DNA of 64,000 nt from Camelus dromedarius (taxonomy: Eukaryota): NCBI RefSeq assembly GCF_036321535.1, contig NC_087472.1:91824001-91888000 (forward strand), read 5' to 3'. The position numbers and the translations under genes were made by a program. Of this stretch, positions 13,225 to 27,627 are shown piece after piece. The notes beneath the pieces are model-generated. The model was given only the letters and a program-made list of their open reading frames with translations. It did no database searches and had not been told where the DNA came from. Position 1 is the first letter of the stretch. Every line of letters begins with the position of its first letter.

Positions 13225-14180
13225 TAATAAAAAGGAGAGTTCTCCCTTAGAGCAGAATGCCAACTGGTTAATATAGACAGAATAAGTAGTTAGAAATCAC
13301 TATTTTTCTGCCATCCTAATGATAATTGATTCAGGCAAGAATCAACAGAAGCTAAAAGTAATAGGTGAAAGATGGACGTTAGGATACTCATACGTCTTAA
13401 AGCACACCCCCCCCCACTGATTATTTATTAATGATTAAGGGAGAAAAGGACACCATCTTAAGGAAGTGACCAAAATTAACATCACAGTAATGGGACAAAT
13501 AGACATCATGTACCTCTTGCCATAATGCATTAAGAAGGCAAAATATCACTTATGTAGTATTCTAGCCAGATACTAGCAAATATTCAAAAAAGGAGGAAAT
13601 AATGGGCAAACTCAAACTGAGGGACATGGTCTAAAAAGAAAAACCTGGTTTCTACTCTTCAGAAATGTCAATGCTATGAAAGACAAAAAAAAAAAAAAAA
13701 GGCTGAAGAACAATCCCAGGTTAAAAGAGACTAAAAAGACTTGACAACTAAATGCAATGCATAATTCTGGATGGGAAATGGGGTATAAAGGATATCATGT
13801 GGATACTCTTTGAAATGTGAGTATAGATTATATATTGGACTATAGCATTCTATCATTTTCAAATTTCCTGATTTGATAAATATACTCTGGTTTTATATGA
13901 AAATATCCTTGTTTTTAGAAGATTCACACAGGAGAATTTAGTCATGATGTCTGAGATTTACTCTCATGTGGTTGAGCAATATTATGTATTGGTATAAATA
14001 GTGTAGCTCTATCTTTTTATTTACCTATCTAAATGAAAAGAGATAAGGCAAATGTGGCAAAATGTTAATAATTGGTGAATTTAGTTGGAGAGGCTATATG
14101 GGAATTTACTGTACTATTCTTGCAGTTCTTCTGTAATCTTTGCAGGTTTTATTTTCAAAATAAAGGTTAAAAAACAAAAG
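13225..14180 (+). mobile_element. Ancient L1MC/ME-type 3'UTR
   Basis: gcagaatgccaact..., caaactcaaactgagggacat, gacttgacaactaaatgcaatgc, ggcaaatgtggcaaaatgttaataattggtgaa, tgtactattcttgca, ending in AATAAA and an A-rich end. Confidence 0.75.
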
Positions 14181-14734
14181 GTCAAATGGTGAGATCACAA
14201 AATTTCAAGTGTTATCGTAGAGGATATTTTGGATTGATTACTTTTGGATTAAAATTTTATTATTCACAGCTATTCTACTGTAATCTGGTCAAAAACTTCA
14301 GTTTAATCTTCCAAAAACATGTCTTCACCTTGAAATTTTCTTCAGTAATTGTTAGCAGATCTATATTGCTCATGGAAGAAAGTCCAAACCCCTTGTGATG
14401 GCATTCAAGGTCCTTCACTCCTTTAATTGAAGTGGCTGATTAACCTGTAGCATGAATCATCCCTCCAATGTGAATTGAATCTGATGTGTGTTTTCCCAAG
14501 TGTGTAACAACCTAGAAGTTCTTTCTATTTATCAAAACCCTACCAATCTTGCAAGGCAAAGTTAGGCTAAGATCTAGTGGAGCTAGATTTCACTGAAGCT
14601 TTTCCAACTAGAAGTGATATGTCTCTTTAAAATATGTATTTTCTGTGGGTTTCTTTTTTTTGTGACTTAACCATATTGCGTTATATCACTTAGTGTTGTT
14701 CATGGTTTTACATTATAAACACTTGTTTTACCTT

Positions 14735-15135
14735 AGGACCTGTCCTCTGACTGTTCCTTCTAACTGGAATGTTCCTCCCTCAGATTCTACCTGCTTCCCT
14801 CTTTGCTTCTCCAAGCCTTTGCTCATAGAACACTTTCCCAATTCAGTCCATTGACCAGTCATTCCTAGTCACAAACCTGTGCCTGCACTTTGTATCCACT
14901 TTCCATTCTCTATTTTTTCTATAGCATTTGTCAAAATAGAACATAGTATTTAATTTTCTTATTAATACATTTATTATTTATTGGCTGTCTCCTCCCACTG
15001 GAATTTAAATTGCACTGGAGCAAGTTTTTTTTTTGTCTACTTTATCCATATATTTTATTGATTTGACCTCAAATGCCTTGCAAACTAACTGACACATAGT
15101 AGGAGCTCAATGAATATTTGTTGAATAAAAGAATC
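14735..15135 (+). mobile_element. L2 3' end
   Basis: tgttccttctaactggaatgttcctccctcagat...ttggctgtctcctcccactggaat...gacacatagtaggagctcaatgaatatttgttgaataaa. Confidence 0.75.
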
Positions 15136-15826
15136 ATTAGATGATTAAGAACAAACTCAATTTTCTAATGAAAAGTTAGATTTTTGTGCACTCCCACTCT
15201 AAAATTCCAAGAATATCTCTGTGAGCCATTTTTCCAGTCAATATGTCATGAGGTTCAAGCAACTGATGAGACATTATTAATATGCAGCCATTAATTAGGT
15301 AATAAAACTTCATTCTATAGAAAAATGGTCAACTTCATAGTACAGATTTAGAAAGGTTCTTTCGCTCATAATCCAACGACAATATAGTCTTTATTGACTT
15401 ACAGAACTAGGAAAGTTTGGATTCACTTGGCATTCTGAAATCAATCATGTATCGTTTTACATCCTTGATATTGTTATTCAATTTTTTCTTTTGACTCCCT
15501 CATTCATTCATTTACTTTCTTTTTGTTTAGTAAGCACCTTAAATATACCAAGTGTAGGGCTTTGAGTTCTTGTGATAGTGATGGAAGAAACATGCTTCTT
15601 GCCTTAAAGGAACTCATATGGAGTTGCAGAGTCAGGCATGCAAGGAAATATTTAAAAACAAAATAATGAAAGCTAATATTTATTGTGTGCCTAAGTGTTA
15701 CTCTGCTAGGTTTTTTATATGGGTGTAAGAAATGCCCTACTATAAGAATAATAAACAAAGTCAGGTGAGCAACTCACTCAGGGTGCTTTTGTGTGTGTGT
15801 GCTTGTGTTTCTGTTGGGGGATTTTA

Positions 15827-15970
15827 TTTTATTTTTAAAAAATTTGTATTTCTTTTAAAAAGTTGTTTTTTGTTTTGTTGTTTTTTTTTAAATGGCAGTA
15901 CTAGGGAATTGAACCCAGGGCCTCGTGCATGCTAAGCAAGTGCTCTACCACTGAGCTATATCCACCCCCT
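15827..15970 (-). mobile_element. tRNA-Ala-derived SINE (camelid Vic-1-like)
   Basis: Minus strand reads GGGGTGGATATAGCTCAGTGGTAGAGCACTTGCTTAGCATGCACGAGGCCCTGGGTTCAATTCCCTAGTACTGCC plus an A-rich tail, with A box, B box and AGC anticodon. 15-bp TSD tgttg(g/a)gggatttta at 15812-15826 and 15971-15985. Confidence 0.9.
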
Positions 15971-17880
15971 TGTTGAGGGATTTTAGAGACAGGGATCAGA
16001 CCAGACACTGTGTGGCACAGTGCAGAAAAGGGCCTGGAAAGGATTTTGGCAAGTAGTTTGGTGTGTAGTACAGGGAAGCCAAAGTACGGAGTAATGAGTG
16101 ATGGTAGGCAAATTCATGTTCTAATTTCTCAGCTAGCATATGCTGATTCTCTTTTTTTTTTTTCTTTTCAAAGCAACTAGCTTATACCTTGTCAATAAAC
16201 ATTTGTTTGAGGGATTCATGGTATCAATTAATCCAGGTTTCCCAAAATTAGGTCAGAAAAATAGGACAATGATTCTCCCCAGTGGAAAAATGACATACAT
16301 TTTCAAATTGTACAGTGTGGTATTACTCACACAGAGCTGTATCACCGAAAATATTTCCTTTTTGGATTATAAAAGCAATGTTTGAAATAGGTCTGTCCAA
16401 AGACCATAATGTGGAATGTATACAGACTATTAAGTATTTGCACACACACACAAACATATAAAGTATTCAGATGTGGTCTCCTTCATCTTAGATCTCATAA
16501 GACTTAGTACGATGGGGAGAAACCAGACAAATTGCTACAGTAAAGAACAAAATGGGCCTCAGGTGATCAGCATAGAAGACAGGGCTATTGCATATCAAGG
16601 TGTCAAACTTCACTGATGCCTGAAAGAAAAGTCTCTTAGAAGAAAAAGTATTTGCTTTCCCTCTACTAGGAATTTCCTTTTCAACATGTCATACAAATAG
16701 ACAGGCACAGATGGAATGTTACAAAACGTCTCTGGAGAGAAAACTGTCAGAGTGAAGGTGGCATTGCCATTTTACTCCTTTTTGTTAAGGGCTGCAGTGT
16801 TTATCCTGAAAGCAATTCTCCACCAGAGGATATACTGTCACAGTTAGAAGAATTTGGTCTTCCACTGGGAATGCTTTGGATTGGCCAAAGAACCCAGAAC
16901 ATCTGGACTGCTTAGATAACCAATAGAAAGAGCCATGTTTTCTACAGAAACACTGAACACTTCTAAAAAAACTTGTATTATGATTTGGAATATATTCAGT
17001 TGTTGGAAGTAGATTTATAAAATATTTTACACATATAAAAACTGGCTGCTTTGCAATATACAAAATGAGATGCTTTGATAAACTTCAGAATTTTATGTTA
17101 TTATTATAATTTTCTTCCTTTAGGGCTTTAACATCTTTCCTAATTATTGAAAGCATTAGAATAAAATGTGTTCGGCAAAAGCTGTTTCTCTCATGAGACA
17201 AGTTTCATTCAAAATCTTGGTGATTCCACAGAGCTAGAGACTATTAAGGCAAAAACAATAATCAAATCGCATGCTGGTTCATTTCCCTCAATGAAAGTAA
17301 CAGAAAAATCCATTTCTTATCTCTGTTAAATCTTTTTGGATCACTCTCTGTTTCCTGAAAACACACAAATGCTGTGGAAAATGGTGGTAACATTGCTTTC
17401 CTTTCTCCTTTTGTAAAAAGATACTAGTCAAGAATTTGTCAACATTTGTTGAAGTTTTTTTTTTCTCCCATTAACAATCTATGAAAAATAGGCATGTTTT
17501 GGGAACTACCAGTAGCAGAACCTACCATTCCTTAATTCCTCCTAAGGGAACAGTAAATGGCTCCTTAAGCCATGATGAAGTTGAGAAGAAAGTGGGTGGC
17601 CCATATATTTTAGTGGCCTGTGTTGGGATACATGAAGAGCCCGTCTTCAATGAATTCCCTTTTTACCAAAGTGGCTATAACACTGTCCTGCTTCACAAGT
17701 AATAAGGTAGTATCTTATCATCTCACTCTGTATATTGATTTTTGGTGTGTGAAAATTAGCAGTGGTTTGAGAAAATGCAGAAGTCAAGGTATCCCCTGAA
17801 ATGCAATGTTTTCTAATATAGACAGATACAAAGTGGAAGCAAGAGGGCACCTTCAAGCAGATAGATTTTAATATGCTTTT

Positions 17881-18013
17881 TTTGTTTTGTTATTTTGGGA
17901 TTTTGGGGGAGTAATTAATATTTATTTATTTTTTTTTTGGAGGTACTGGGGATTGAACCCAGGACCTCAGCCATGCTAAACACATGCTCTACCACTGAGC
18001 TATACGCTCTCCC
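17881..18013 (-). mobile_element. tRNA-Ala-derived SINE (Vic-1-like)
   Basis: Minus strand TATAGCTCAGTGGTAGAGCATGTGTTTAGCATGGCTGAGGTCCTGGGTTCAATCCCCAGTACCTCC plus tail. 13-bp TSD ttaatat(g/a)ctttt at 17868-17880 and 18014-18026. Confidence 0.9.
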
Positions 18014-21000
18014 TTAATATACTTTTAAAATGTGTTAATAACTTGATTTTATAGCAAAGAGACTAATGATAGTTTTCCTGTATGCATTTAAAAATCTTTT
18101 ACTAACTGTACCAAAACGTTTATTTTTTCTCATCTTTCTTCCTGATTCTATAAACATTCGTATTTGTAAAGAATTTAAAAATCATATAATAAGGAGAAAT
18201 TAAGGGTCACATGGAATTACACCGCCCTGAGAAAACTACTATTACTACTTCAGTTAAAGTTTTTTAATGCCTCTCTTTCTAATGTATTAGGTTTTAAGTG
18301 TACTTAACAGAGGCAAGTGACCGGCAGCTTTAAACACTAATACTCCAAAATAGTTTATATTTTGTCTTTTACTCTAGACAGTCTGGAATAGAGTTGTCTA
18401 AGGTGGCTTATAATCTATGTTCTGCTAAGAGTCCTCATGGTAAACTCTTTAACCTAATTCACCTTTGATTCACATATCTATTTACCAATGATCATTTATA
18501 GATGCCTGCTTCAGCAAGGCAAGTCATATAATTATATAATAATTCCTGCTGTATAATTCTTATATAAATAATAACCATTTTTTGCCACAGTTTACAAATA
18601 TTCCCTGATAAAGTAGGTTAAAGCATAACCTCATTCTAGAGAAACTATGGATTTCAAATTTTATTTACTCTAACTGCAGTGTTGTACAGATGAGAAAACC
18701 AAACTGGTATGTGAGTAGTAAACAGTAGAAGATATACTTTAATATTACCAATTTTTATGGGACTACTGAGATGTCACTGACGGTAGCCCACTCAAGAAGA
18801 GAGCCAATATAGAATTTTATTGTGATATCTTTAATGCATTCCTTTAAGCTACTTTCGGTAGTGAGATATTTAAATAACATAGACATGTTTGTTCATTTGG
18901 GGAGAATTAGAAATGTACCCAAGCAGTTGAGAGTTGTTATCCTGAAACGGTGAAATTGTATACGTGAGTTTTCAAGTTATACTCATTTTATATTACATAG
19001 TAGAATTAGAATTCCCAATTGATTTAAGTCAAGCAATTTATATGTCATTCTTTAGGCTGTGATAATGACCTCTTCCACTTTAGTTTCCATGAGTTTGGCA
19101 ACCATTACCAGTTAGTACTTTGAACTGCAGTCACATATCTTAAGAAACTGTAGTTTCTATTTTGCAGTTATAGGAACTTGTCATCTAAAGATCTCAGACA
19201 ATTTTACAAACACCTAAAACTAAAAGAAAATTCCTGGGAAGAGCAACCGCTGCATTTCACTTTCAAGATTTGTACAATGACTCAAAACTCAGAATCTGTA
19301 ACATCTGATGAATTGGCTAATATATACTGTTAGTCACCCAGGGTTTAATATATTCTTTACAAGATTCCTCCATTGGAGCTTAAGGATGATGAGTTAACAA
19401 ATGATAAAAATGGAGAAAAATGGCATGAGACTTGCTTTAGGTCACACACAAGTGAAGAGTCAAAAACAAAACACTCTCAAGTAACTGTCCATTTTTCATC
19501 AGAGTTCACAATGTCTTTTTAGTCAATCCTTTTTCATGTCAAATTCTAATGCATGATCATGATTCTTAGGTGATTTTAAAAATAACCTTTTTGTTCTTTC
19601 TTACATATACCACTGGATTTCTTTTTGTGAAGTAAAAACAAAATATATTTTAATAGCATTTAAATGTCCACTTTTAATTTATAGAAATCAACCTACAGAT
19701 GTACCATTCTTCATAGAACACAAGCTAAAAATAGTATATCTTCCCTAAAAGTAGAGACAAATAGCTAACATATTTCTTACAGATGGCAAATGTAATTCTC
19801 AACACTAAAATCTAATACAAGTTACCGTGGTAATTTATTGGAAATCAACACTTTTTTTTCTACTATATGACCTGAGAGAGTAGTTAGCATTTTTTAATGT
19901 GTCACATCTAATTTCTTACTTTACTGACCTGGTTGTCAAAGTTCGATATACAAGGAACTGCTTATTAAAAGTTATCCCTTGCATTTTTGACCCATTTGTG
20001 CCATTTCTCAACTAAGTGCAGGAATTCAAAGCCATAAAAATGTACAGCCATCTCCTTCTCCCCAATAATCTTGCTTTAATGCCCCAGGATGGTGATAGAT
20101 ATCCTCTGGCAGCAGTGACTCAACTACTAAGGACAACTAACCCAGTGCTTTGCCTGTAGCTGGCACTCAATATATATTTAGTGAGTGGGAATGATTTGTT
20201 GCTTTTTCATACAACAGCATTATATGACTCATCTTTAACTAGCAGTGAAGTGAGATTTTGAGCAGGAAAAGAAAAATTGTCACTCAACAGGCTGTTCTGA
20301 CCTAGAAATAACAAGAACATTAAGGTGGTTCTGAGAAGGAAAAGTGAGTGGTGTGTTGGTGGATAGTGACCATGAGTATGCCATTCTGTTTATGTCTCTA
20401 ATCACACGTGTGGAATTGTGCTGTGTGTCAGATGAAATCTGTGGCTTCTTGCAAATATTTTAAACTGAATCATTATTTTTTCAACTGCCTATGTGTCACT
20501 TTCTAAGACAAAGATTGAGTTTCAGTGAATTCCCTCTGCTCTCACCATAGGTTTACCTGTTTTTTTCTATAACTTCTGTTAGATGCTAGACAGATGCCTG
20601 TTAGAATGAATTGAACTTTTGAACACACAGGAACTATTTATCCAGGTTCTGTTACTGTCATTTTTTCTTTGCCTGTTTTGCAATCATATCTTTGACCAAT
20701 GTTATGTGGAGGTTCAATTTTCATGTCTGCCCTTTCTCACTACACGTAATTGAGATTTAGCTAAATACAAGTGTTCAAAACAGGAAATTAGCAGCATTTA
20801 CTGCTCATTATATAACTTGTTCCTCCTTGGTAATTGCTATTTGCATAGGCTGAACACTATATATAGCCTCTTTGCAGAGGCTGAAATATATGTATATATT
20901 CATATATAGGTTGCTGAGACATTCCTAAATGGATTTCCTTTTTAAAAGAGGGTATGTAGGAACTCTGTCCAACAATGAAGGTCCTCTTCATTTAAGAGGT

Positions 21001-21329
21001 TAATTATTTAATACTTGAAGAGAGTGCCCTCTCAGACATCTCTCTGAGTAGCAAATGTTTTCTACAAGACAATTTCACTAAATACTTGAGGCATATAACT
21101 TCATTAAGAGTGGAGTGTGAGGGCAAGGTACTAATGTTTAAATAGGTTCAAAGGTGTTGACCATGTTAAACAGAATGAGATAATTAGTTAGAAATAGTCC
21201 CACTGATTGGCTATATTCCTCTTTCATTCCTCTCTCATGGAAACAGCTAACTTAAGAGTTAGATGTTTTTTACCTGTTAGATTCCACCAAGTTTATTAGA
21301 GGATCTTTTGTCTAGGCAAAGACCTTGGT

Positions 21330-21499
21330 ATGCCAGTTGTGGTCCACACACCAGCAGCATCAGCATCAATAAGGAACTTGTTTGAAATTCAAATCTGGAG
21401 TCCAATTCAGACTAATGATTTTGAATCACTTTTAAACAGACTTCCTAGGTAATTTAGATTAGGACAACAACCACAAAAGATTGTGAAGCACTGCTCTAG
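21330..21499. mobile_element. MER5A-like hAT-Charlie MITE
   Basis: gtggtccacacaccagcagcatcagcatca...ggaacttgtttgaaattcaaat...gaagcactgctctag. Weaker MER5-like remnants also at about 42730-42850 and 54940-55090. Confidence 0.7.
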
Positions 21500-21527
21500 G
21501 GACTTCTAGATGACTCTCCAAGAGTGC

Positions 21528-22102
21528 TGTAGGGCAGCAAAATTTGCCACCCCAAAATGTGTATGAGGATCTTTGGTATTAACTTAGGCTGATTATTTTT
21601 AAGAAACAGAACACTCAGTATGTTTTTCTTGTTACCTCCCTGTTAGCTGCCTAAAACAATTTGAATAAAGAGCCTGTTCCCAGAATAGAGCTATCACCAG
21701 AGATATCTGCAAAGAACATAGGCTAGGTGTGTATGGGGGGGAGACTCAGCAGGAACTAGAGGTCAGAGTCCACTCTGTCTCATTGTCTCTATATGACCCT
21801 GAAAACACTGGTTTACCAAATATTTGCTTTTCCATCTCCATGCGAATTGTTATCCTCCTCTTTCAAGTCTCAAACCACTACTCTTAACATCCTCTTTGGT
21901 CTTTAGCTGGAGATTGTATTTAAGGTGAGGGCTTTAGGCATTTTGGTGAGTTACTCAGTTTTCCTGGGTCTCTCTCATTATTTCTACATGTTATTAAACT
22001 TCTGTTTGGTTTTTCTCCTGTTAATCAGTCTCATGTCAATTTAATTCTGACACCAGACAGAAGAACTTAGAAAAGTAGAGGAAAAATTCTTCCTCCCTGA
22101 GA
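21528..22102 (+). mobile_element. ERV1 5' LTR, MER34-like (MER4 group)
   Basis: Starts TGTAGGGCAGCAAAATTTGCCACCCCAAAAT (MER34-type 5' end), contains ATTAAA, ends TTCTTCCTCCCTGAGA. Colinear with the solo LTR at 46067-46598 and followed directly by ERV-like internal sequence. Confidence 0.85.
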
Positions 22103-25100
22103 GTTTGTGTAACTGGCAGGATTCATCTTTATTGGCTGGACAATACTCATCCCATGGCTGCTGTAGCTAAGAGATCCTGTAACAACTGCCAAAAACTTTC
22201 AGATGGTAAGAATTCTTACCATGTCAGTCTCCCAGATCTCTGCTTGTGGGGTTGGTTGGAAATGAGAGTGGTGAAGGCTCTTTTTCTCTTTTCTAATATT
22301 AGATTAGCAGGAGAAAATATTTGTGGAGCTAGTTCCTTAGGCTTAGCAACTCTGGTAAATTTGGTAGCGTACTCTTGGCTTAATTGATCCTTTTTCACCC
22401 AAAGATGGTATTTGTTGTTCTTTGTCGCTATCTGTTGTGTGATTTGTTTATTCTATGTCCTGAGAGCTCAGCATTATGACCACTGAGAGTATTTTCTCTC
22501 TGGTCTCCACCACCTGGAAGGTACACATACCAGAGCGCATTTGGTGGTCAAACAGACTGGAATTCTGAACAACTGCAGCCAGTTAGTCAGAAGCACATGT
22601 AACAACCTGGGATTGTAACTGCTGTCTCTTTGTCTCTGCCAGCTCTCAGGGGAATTTGTTATAACGGGTCCCAGTCCAGAAAGGGCCTTTGTCATCTCAA
22701 CTGTCATCTTGTTAGTGCCATGTGTGACAACAAAGGTCTATACTTTCTTGGGCTAAGTCTGGGAGTAAACTTTCTGGATCTTCTGAGGGCTGCATCCTTT
22801 GCACTTTCTTGTGGGACACCTCTTGCATCCTTGGTTAAGCCATAAAAAGGCTTATTGGTTTCAACTGCTATTAAGAGCCTACTCATTAATGGCCAGATGA
22901 TGCACCCTCTGAATGGAAAAGCTTCTAAACTGGAAAAATTTTAGAGAGCTCTTATGGTAAACAGCTATTTTATTGGTACCTATGTAAAGACCAAATTAAC
23001 AAGTGCATACAAAGCAATATAATATTTAAGCTTAAAAACTCTCTTAATTAAAAAAAATTGGTTTCGGAAGCCTTATTAAATTTGTGGTCTCAGCTTCACC
23101 TCATGGGTCTTATAGGTGCTAATAAAAATATTAGTTTAATTAACAAGAGACTGGAAAGAGGCTGAGGAAAAAAAATCAAGGGACTCTTCTCAACAAGGTG
23201 GAAATTTTTGAAGAATTATTAAGAAATAAGGTAAATAAAGCAAATATTGAAAGAGGTGGAACAAAAGGAATCAGAAAGGGAAAAGTCACGGGACTCATTC
23301 CAGCAGGGTAGAAATCTTTAGATGTTTATTAAGAAATGAATAAAATGGACATTGATGAGATTAAAATAAATGTTTTAATATAGCACTATCTAAGGTTGAG
23401 TGGGCAAAATGTATTCCATGATAGTCCCCCAACATTAAAGGGCCCTAAACAAATTCACTCTATTTACCCCAATTTGGAGAAGTTTAAAAAGCTGGATGGC
23501 AAAAATTACGATGATAAACCTGACCAGCAGCCACTTGGTCCATTAATCAAATTAAAGACTGACAGAATGGCCTGAGTCCCTTGGCTCAAATCCTCACTGA
23601 GGACCCACAGCTTTTGCACAGGAGTGGGTAAAATGGCCACGGAGTAGAGAGGAGAAGTTTCCAGATTCCTTGATGCATGAACTCTACCAGCTGTGGGACC
23701 AAAACTCATTGGTGGTGCTGTGGCTCAGGCTACAATTAGATTCAGAAAGTATAAAAGTGAAGGGGTTGATAGGGTTATAAAGTTTGGAATGCTTGACAGG
23801 ATGTTACGTGAGGAGGTTATGTCAATGCTGCCAGACTGTTTTATAGGAATAGATGTCATGCCTGGCTGGAAACACCTCCCCTACTCAATATTGTAAGATT
23901 GAGACTTGTTGATGGAGTCCTGAGTGGAGGCAATGGTTAGAGGTATGAGCTGATGAAACTGAGGCAAAAGTTTGTAGGCAAATGATGTATTTGAATGGGC
24001 TTTATGTAAAATAATAGCATCTCTTTTGCCTGATTGCATTATACAGATGGACATTATGTCTCACGTAGTGTGAGGCAGAAGATGGAGGCCAGTGTTCAAG
24101 AGGTACCAAAAGCAACTGTCTTTGTCCTACAAATCTCTACAAAAATCAAAAACGTAAACACAGCCCACAGTTGCCTGAGACTGAGCCTGGTTAGCTTAAC
24201 TGATAAAACCTGCAACCAAAAATAAATAAATAAATAAATGAATAAAAATAGAGGGAATATGCCTTTTTAAAAGTCAAACAGATGGAAAGGCTCCCTCACT
24301 CGAAATCGAGTCCACAGCTTCCTTAAGATTATTTGTCAAAGACAAATACAAATCTTAAAGGTCTTCTCCACAAATACTAAAAAGTTATAGCCATCCAAGC
24401 AGATAAACTTAACTTATTCCAACTGTTATTCATAACTAGCAAGTTTTACATTGTTCTATCTGATTCATGACTGAAGTTTTCAAATGAAACCTGTGAGATC
24501 CTGGTTGTGTCTGCCTGTATGCCTATGAGTGTACACTACAGAGAGAGTTTTTTTTTACCTCTGGATGGTAATGCCAAAATTAATTTGTAAAAGGGCTCTA
24601 TTTACTTGGCTTAAAGTAGCACATTTAGAAATTATTATTTCTAAATGTAATAGGAACTAACCCAAATGTTTTTCAAGTTCATGTGATCTAGGATTAATCT
24701 TTAGTAAATTTAAAGTTATTGGTTTAATTAAAACAGGCATATCTTTAGCATTATCAGTATTAAGTATAATATTTTATTCTATCTAGGTTTACTAAAAGTC
24801 AAATAAGTTCATGTTATCTCTGTTACAAAACTTGTCAACAAGAAAAATAAGATGGCTAACTGCTTTAATTTAATCTCATAAAATCTTCAGAGGTAATCTG
24901 TGATTATTACAAACAAATGCATTAAACAGATATAAATGAGAGAGGAGTTTTCAGGTGAACTTTTAAAAATAATGATTGTTTTATAACTATTTACTTAGTT
25001 TCCCAAATCTTTTTGGTAATTTATACCTTTAGGATTTTGCTAGATTAAATGATGGAAATTCATTACACATCTAGATCATTTTTAAACAAGATAAAATAAT

Positions 25101-27225
25101 AAAACATTAATTACCAAACATAAGTTGTTCTACTTTTGACTTCCTATTGTAGAGAAACTAAAGGTGAATTTCAGTCTTTTAGTAACTATATCTTGTGCCA
25201 TATTGAAAGATTGCACTATGTAAATGGGCAAATATTTCTAGAAATTATAAAAGGTATTTATAAATTCTCCACACAACAAAATGCTAATGTATTTCACAAT
25301 TGTTTACTTCTTTATTTTCACTAGAAATTAAGGCTTCTAATTAATATACGTAGAATAATAAGGGAAACAATTCTGTATGCAAAGAAAGTAAAATATATTT
25401 TTAAGTAAGAAAAGGCCTGAGGCATGGACATGTATTTTGGTTAAGAGAAATAGAAGTGATTTTTGTCCTAAAGCTAATTATTTCAAAATGGGAAAAAGAA
25501 CAAGGGACAAACTAAAGCAGACATAGAAAGTTGTAGAAATTTTGTGAAAAGGGATCTTGGGAAATAAGTTTTATGTGTGATCAAGCTGGCTAAGATCGCA
25601 ATAAATTTAATTGTGTGAATAAATTTCAATATATTGTACACTGGTACAAAAATAAAATCTGGTTTTCTCTCTGTTAAAAGGACAAAGTTTTTTTTTTTTT
25701 TTTTAAAGATTACTGGTCTGTTCTCAATAAGCAATTGTAAACAAAGCTTTTCTTTACCTTTAATGTCATCTGTCAAGGAAAACAAAAACACTATGTTTGG
25801 TTTTTATCAGGTCTCTGATTACTTAGGGAAAAAAATCAAATCTTTTAAAATATTATAAGAGCAAAGTTTTTCTTTTTTTTTACAACTATGTAACTTTCTG
25901 TATTTGCCTGTGAAGTCTTTGTCACTTTGATTAATTGGATAACTATGTATTGTTTCATAGTGACCTATGATTCTATTTGACCAACTGTTTTAAAACCTTT
26001 TGATGTTTTTGACAAACTTCCCAAAAATCAAATTCTAAATGAAGTCTTATTGACCTGGAAATAATTTGGGGGTTTTCCATAGGGCTCCTGGAATACCTCA
26101 AAATATTTGTTTTCTCTCCTTATAACACAAAGATATTAAACTAAATAGACTTATTTGGTATGCTAAATTACATGGGAAGCATTGTAAGATAAGTGATGAT
26201 AAACCTTAGGTTATATTGTATGGGTAAATGTTATTAATATAAATGCTCTAGAAATTATATAAAATTCCTGAAATTCAGATATGTTCTGGTATAATGTTAT
26301 TTGTCATAATTCAGTTATTGTCTTAAAATGCTATGTGCCACAGAAATAACCAAATTTCCTTGTCAATTGCATTATAATGAATCAGATCTTTAACCATGCC
26401 ATTTTAAGTCTTTTGTCATTTACAGACAATTATTGTTTTACTCTGAAGTTTTTGAAACAATACCATGTTCAAGAAGACCCCAGAAAGGACTTTTTGACAA
26501 ATATAGGTTTCTGATGACTTTAAGATGATACCACTGAACTGGGTAAGAAATTATAGAACTCTAATGGAAAAACTGATGGCTTCATAACACTACTAACAAG
26601 ACAAGATCAATAATAATTAATCATATGGGACTGAATAAACTGATGAATATGATTATAATTTCATGACTTTTGGTCTAAAATACTATTGCTTTTTTAATCT
26701 TTGTTTTCCAGTTATAAGGAAACCTTTCCTCTGACACTATGACTTACAGCAATTCAGTACATTATATCTTTATAAGCAGAATTGAAACATTTCTCTTTTT
26801 CTCCCTACCTGATCTCTCCAGAATTCAGAAGCTCATGGTGAACACTCTTATTTTCATAGCAATATAGTTATATTTATATAAATTCAATAAGAATCTGTTT
26901 TTCTTGTAACAGGACACAATTGGAAACTGGTTATATTCTCAAGGCTGTATGACCAGACAACTTTAAGGAACTAAAGTTATATTTCTGGAGCCAATAAAAC
27001 TCCTTGGAAAAATAGCCTGATGCCCTGCTTACAGGGTTCCCAGCAGCCTTACCAGGTGAGTAAGGAAGCTCACTTCCTGGCAGGTGCAGGATATTTTGGG
27101 GACCTCAAGAAGAGAGGATATTCACCCAAGGTTATAGATATTATAGGAGAGCCCAATGGCAAGTCTTCGGCTTGGCTTCCTGGCCTTGAGAAGCATTTAA
27201 AAGTTCAATCTGAAGATTCCTTACT
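22103..27225 (+). mobile_element. Degenerate ERV internal region (MER4-group-like, non-autonomous), 3'-truncated, no matching 3' LTR
   Basis: Leader-like sequence after the LTR, decayed gag/pro-like fragments at about 23150-24070 (e.g. LPDCFIGIDVMPGW), then a long AT-rich MER4-int-like block with the motifs CAGGACACAATTGGAAACTGGTTAT and CCTTACCAGGTGAGTAAGG. Similarity stops near 27225. No long ORF. Confidence 0.75.
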
Positions 27226-27627
27226 GAATTGTAATCATTCCACTGATCACATTTATGTGATGAAGTACAAGTTAAAGATGTAAGAGAGAAGTACAAGCTA
27301 AAGATCTTTATCAAGAATTTAACATTTAGTTAGGAAAACAAACTAAATAAATGACTTCCAATGACAATACCCATATATAAAGTAAACACTAAGAGCTTTG
27401 GCTCACACGATTAGCTCAACAGGAGTGATAACTGCAAGGTTTATCATTCTTGGCTTTCAATACTGGTTTTGTTTAGGATCATCCCCTTGTTATTTATTAA
27501 TTGAGAAATAAGTTAATCATCAGCTAACAGTGGTCCTTTTCTTTCCTACAAAGATGCTGCTTGGATATTCTAGTTCACAATGAAGAAATCTAAATAACCA
27601 AAATAAATGAAAGCAAAGCTATGCTAC

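Noticed and set aside
15890..15970. Functional tRNA-Ala gene (also 17938-18013 and 50870-50948)
   Set aside because: Acceptor stems are mismatched, each copy has an A-rich tail and TSD, and the copies are diverged from each other, which indicates SINEs.
22103..22125. Primer-binding site assignment for the ERV
   Set aside because: The sequence after the LTR (gtttgtgtaactggcagg) is too decayed to match a specific tRNA 3' end.
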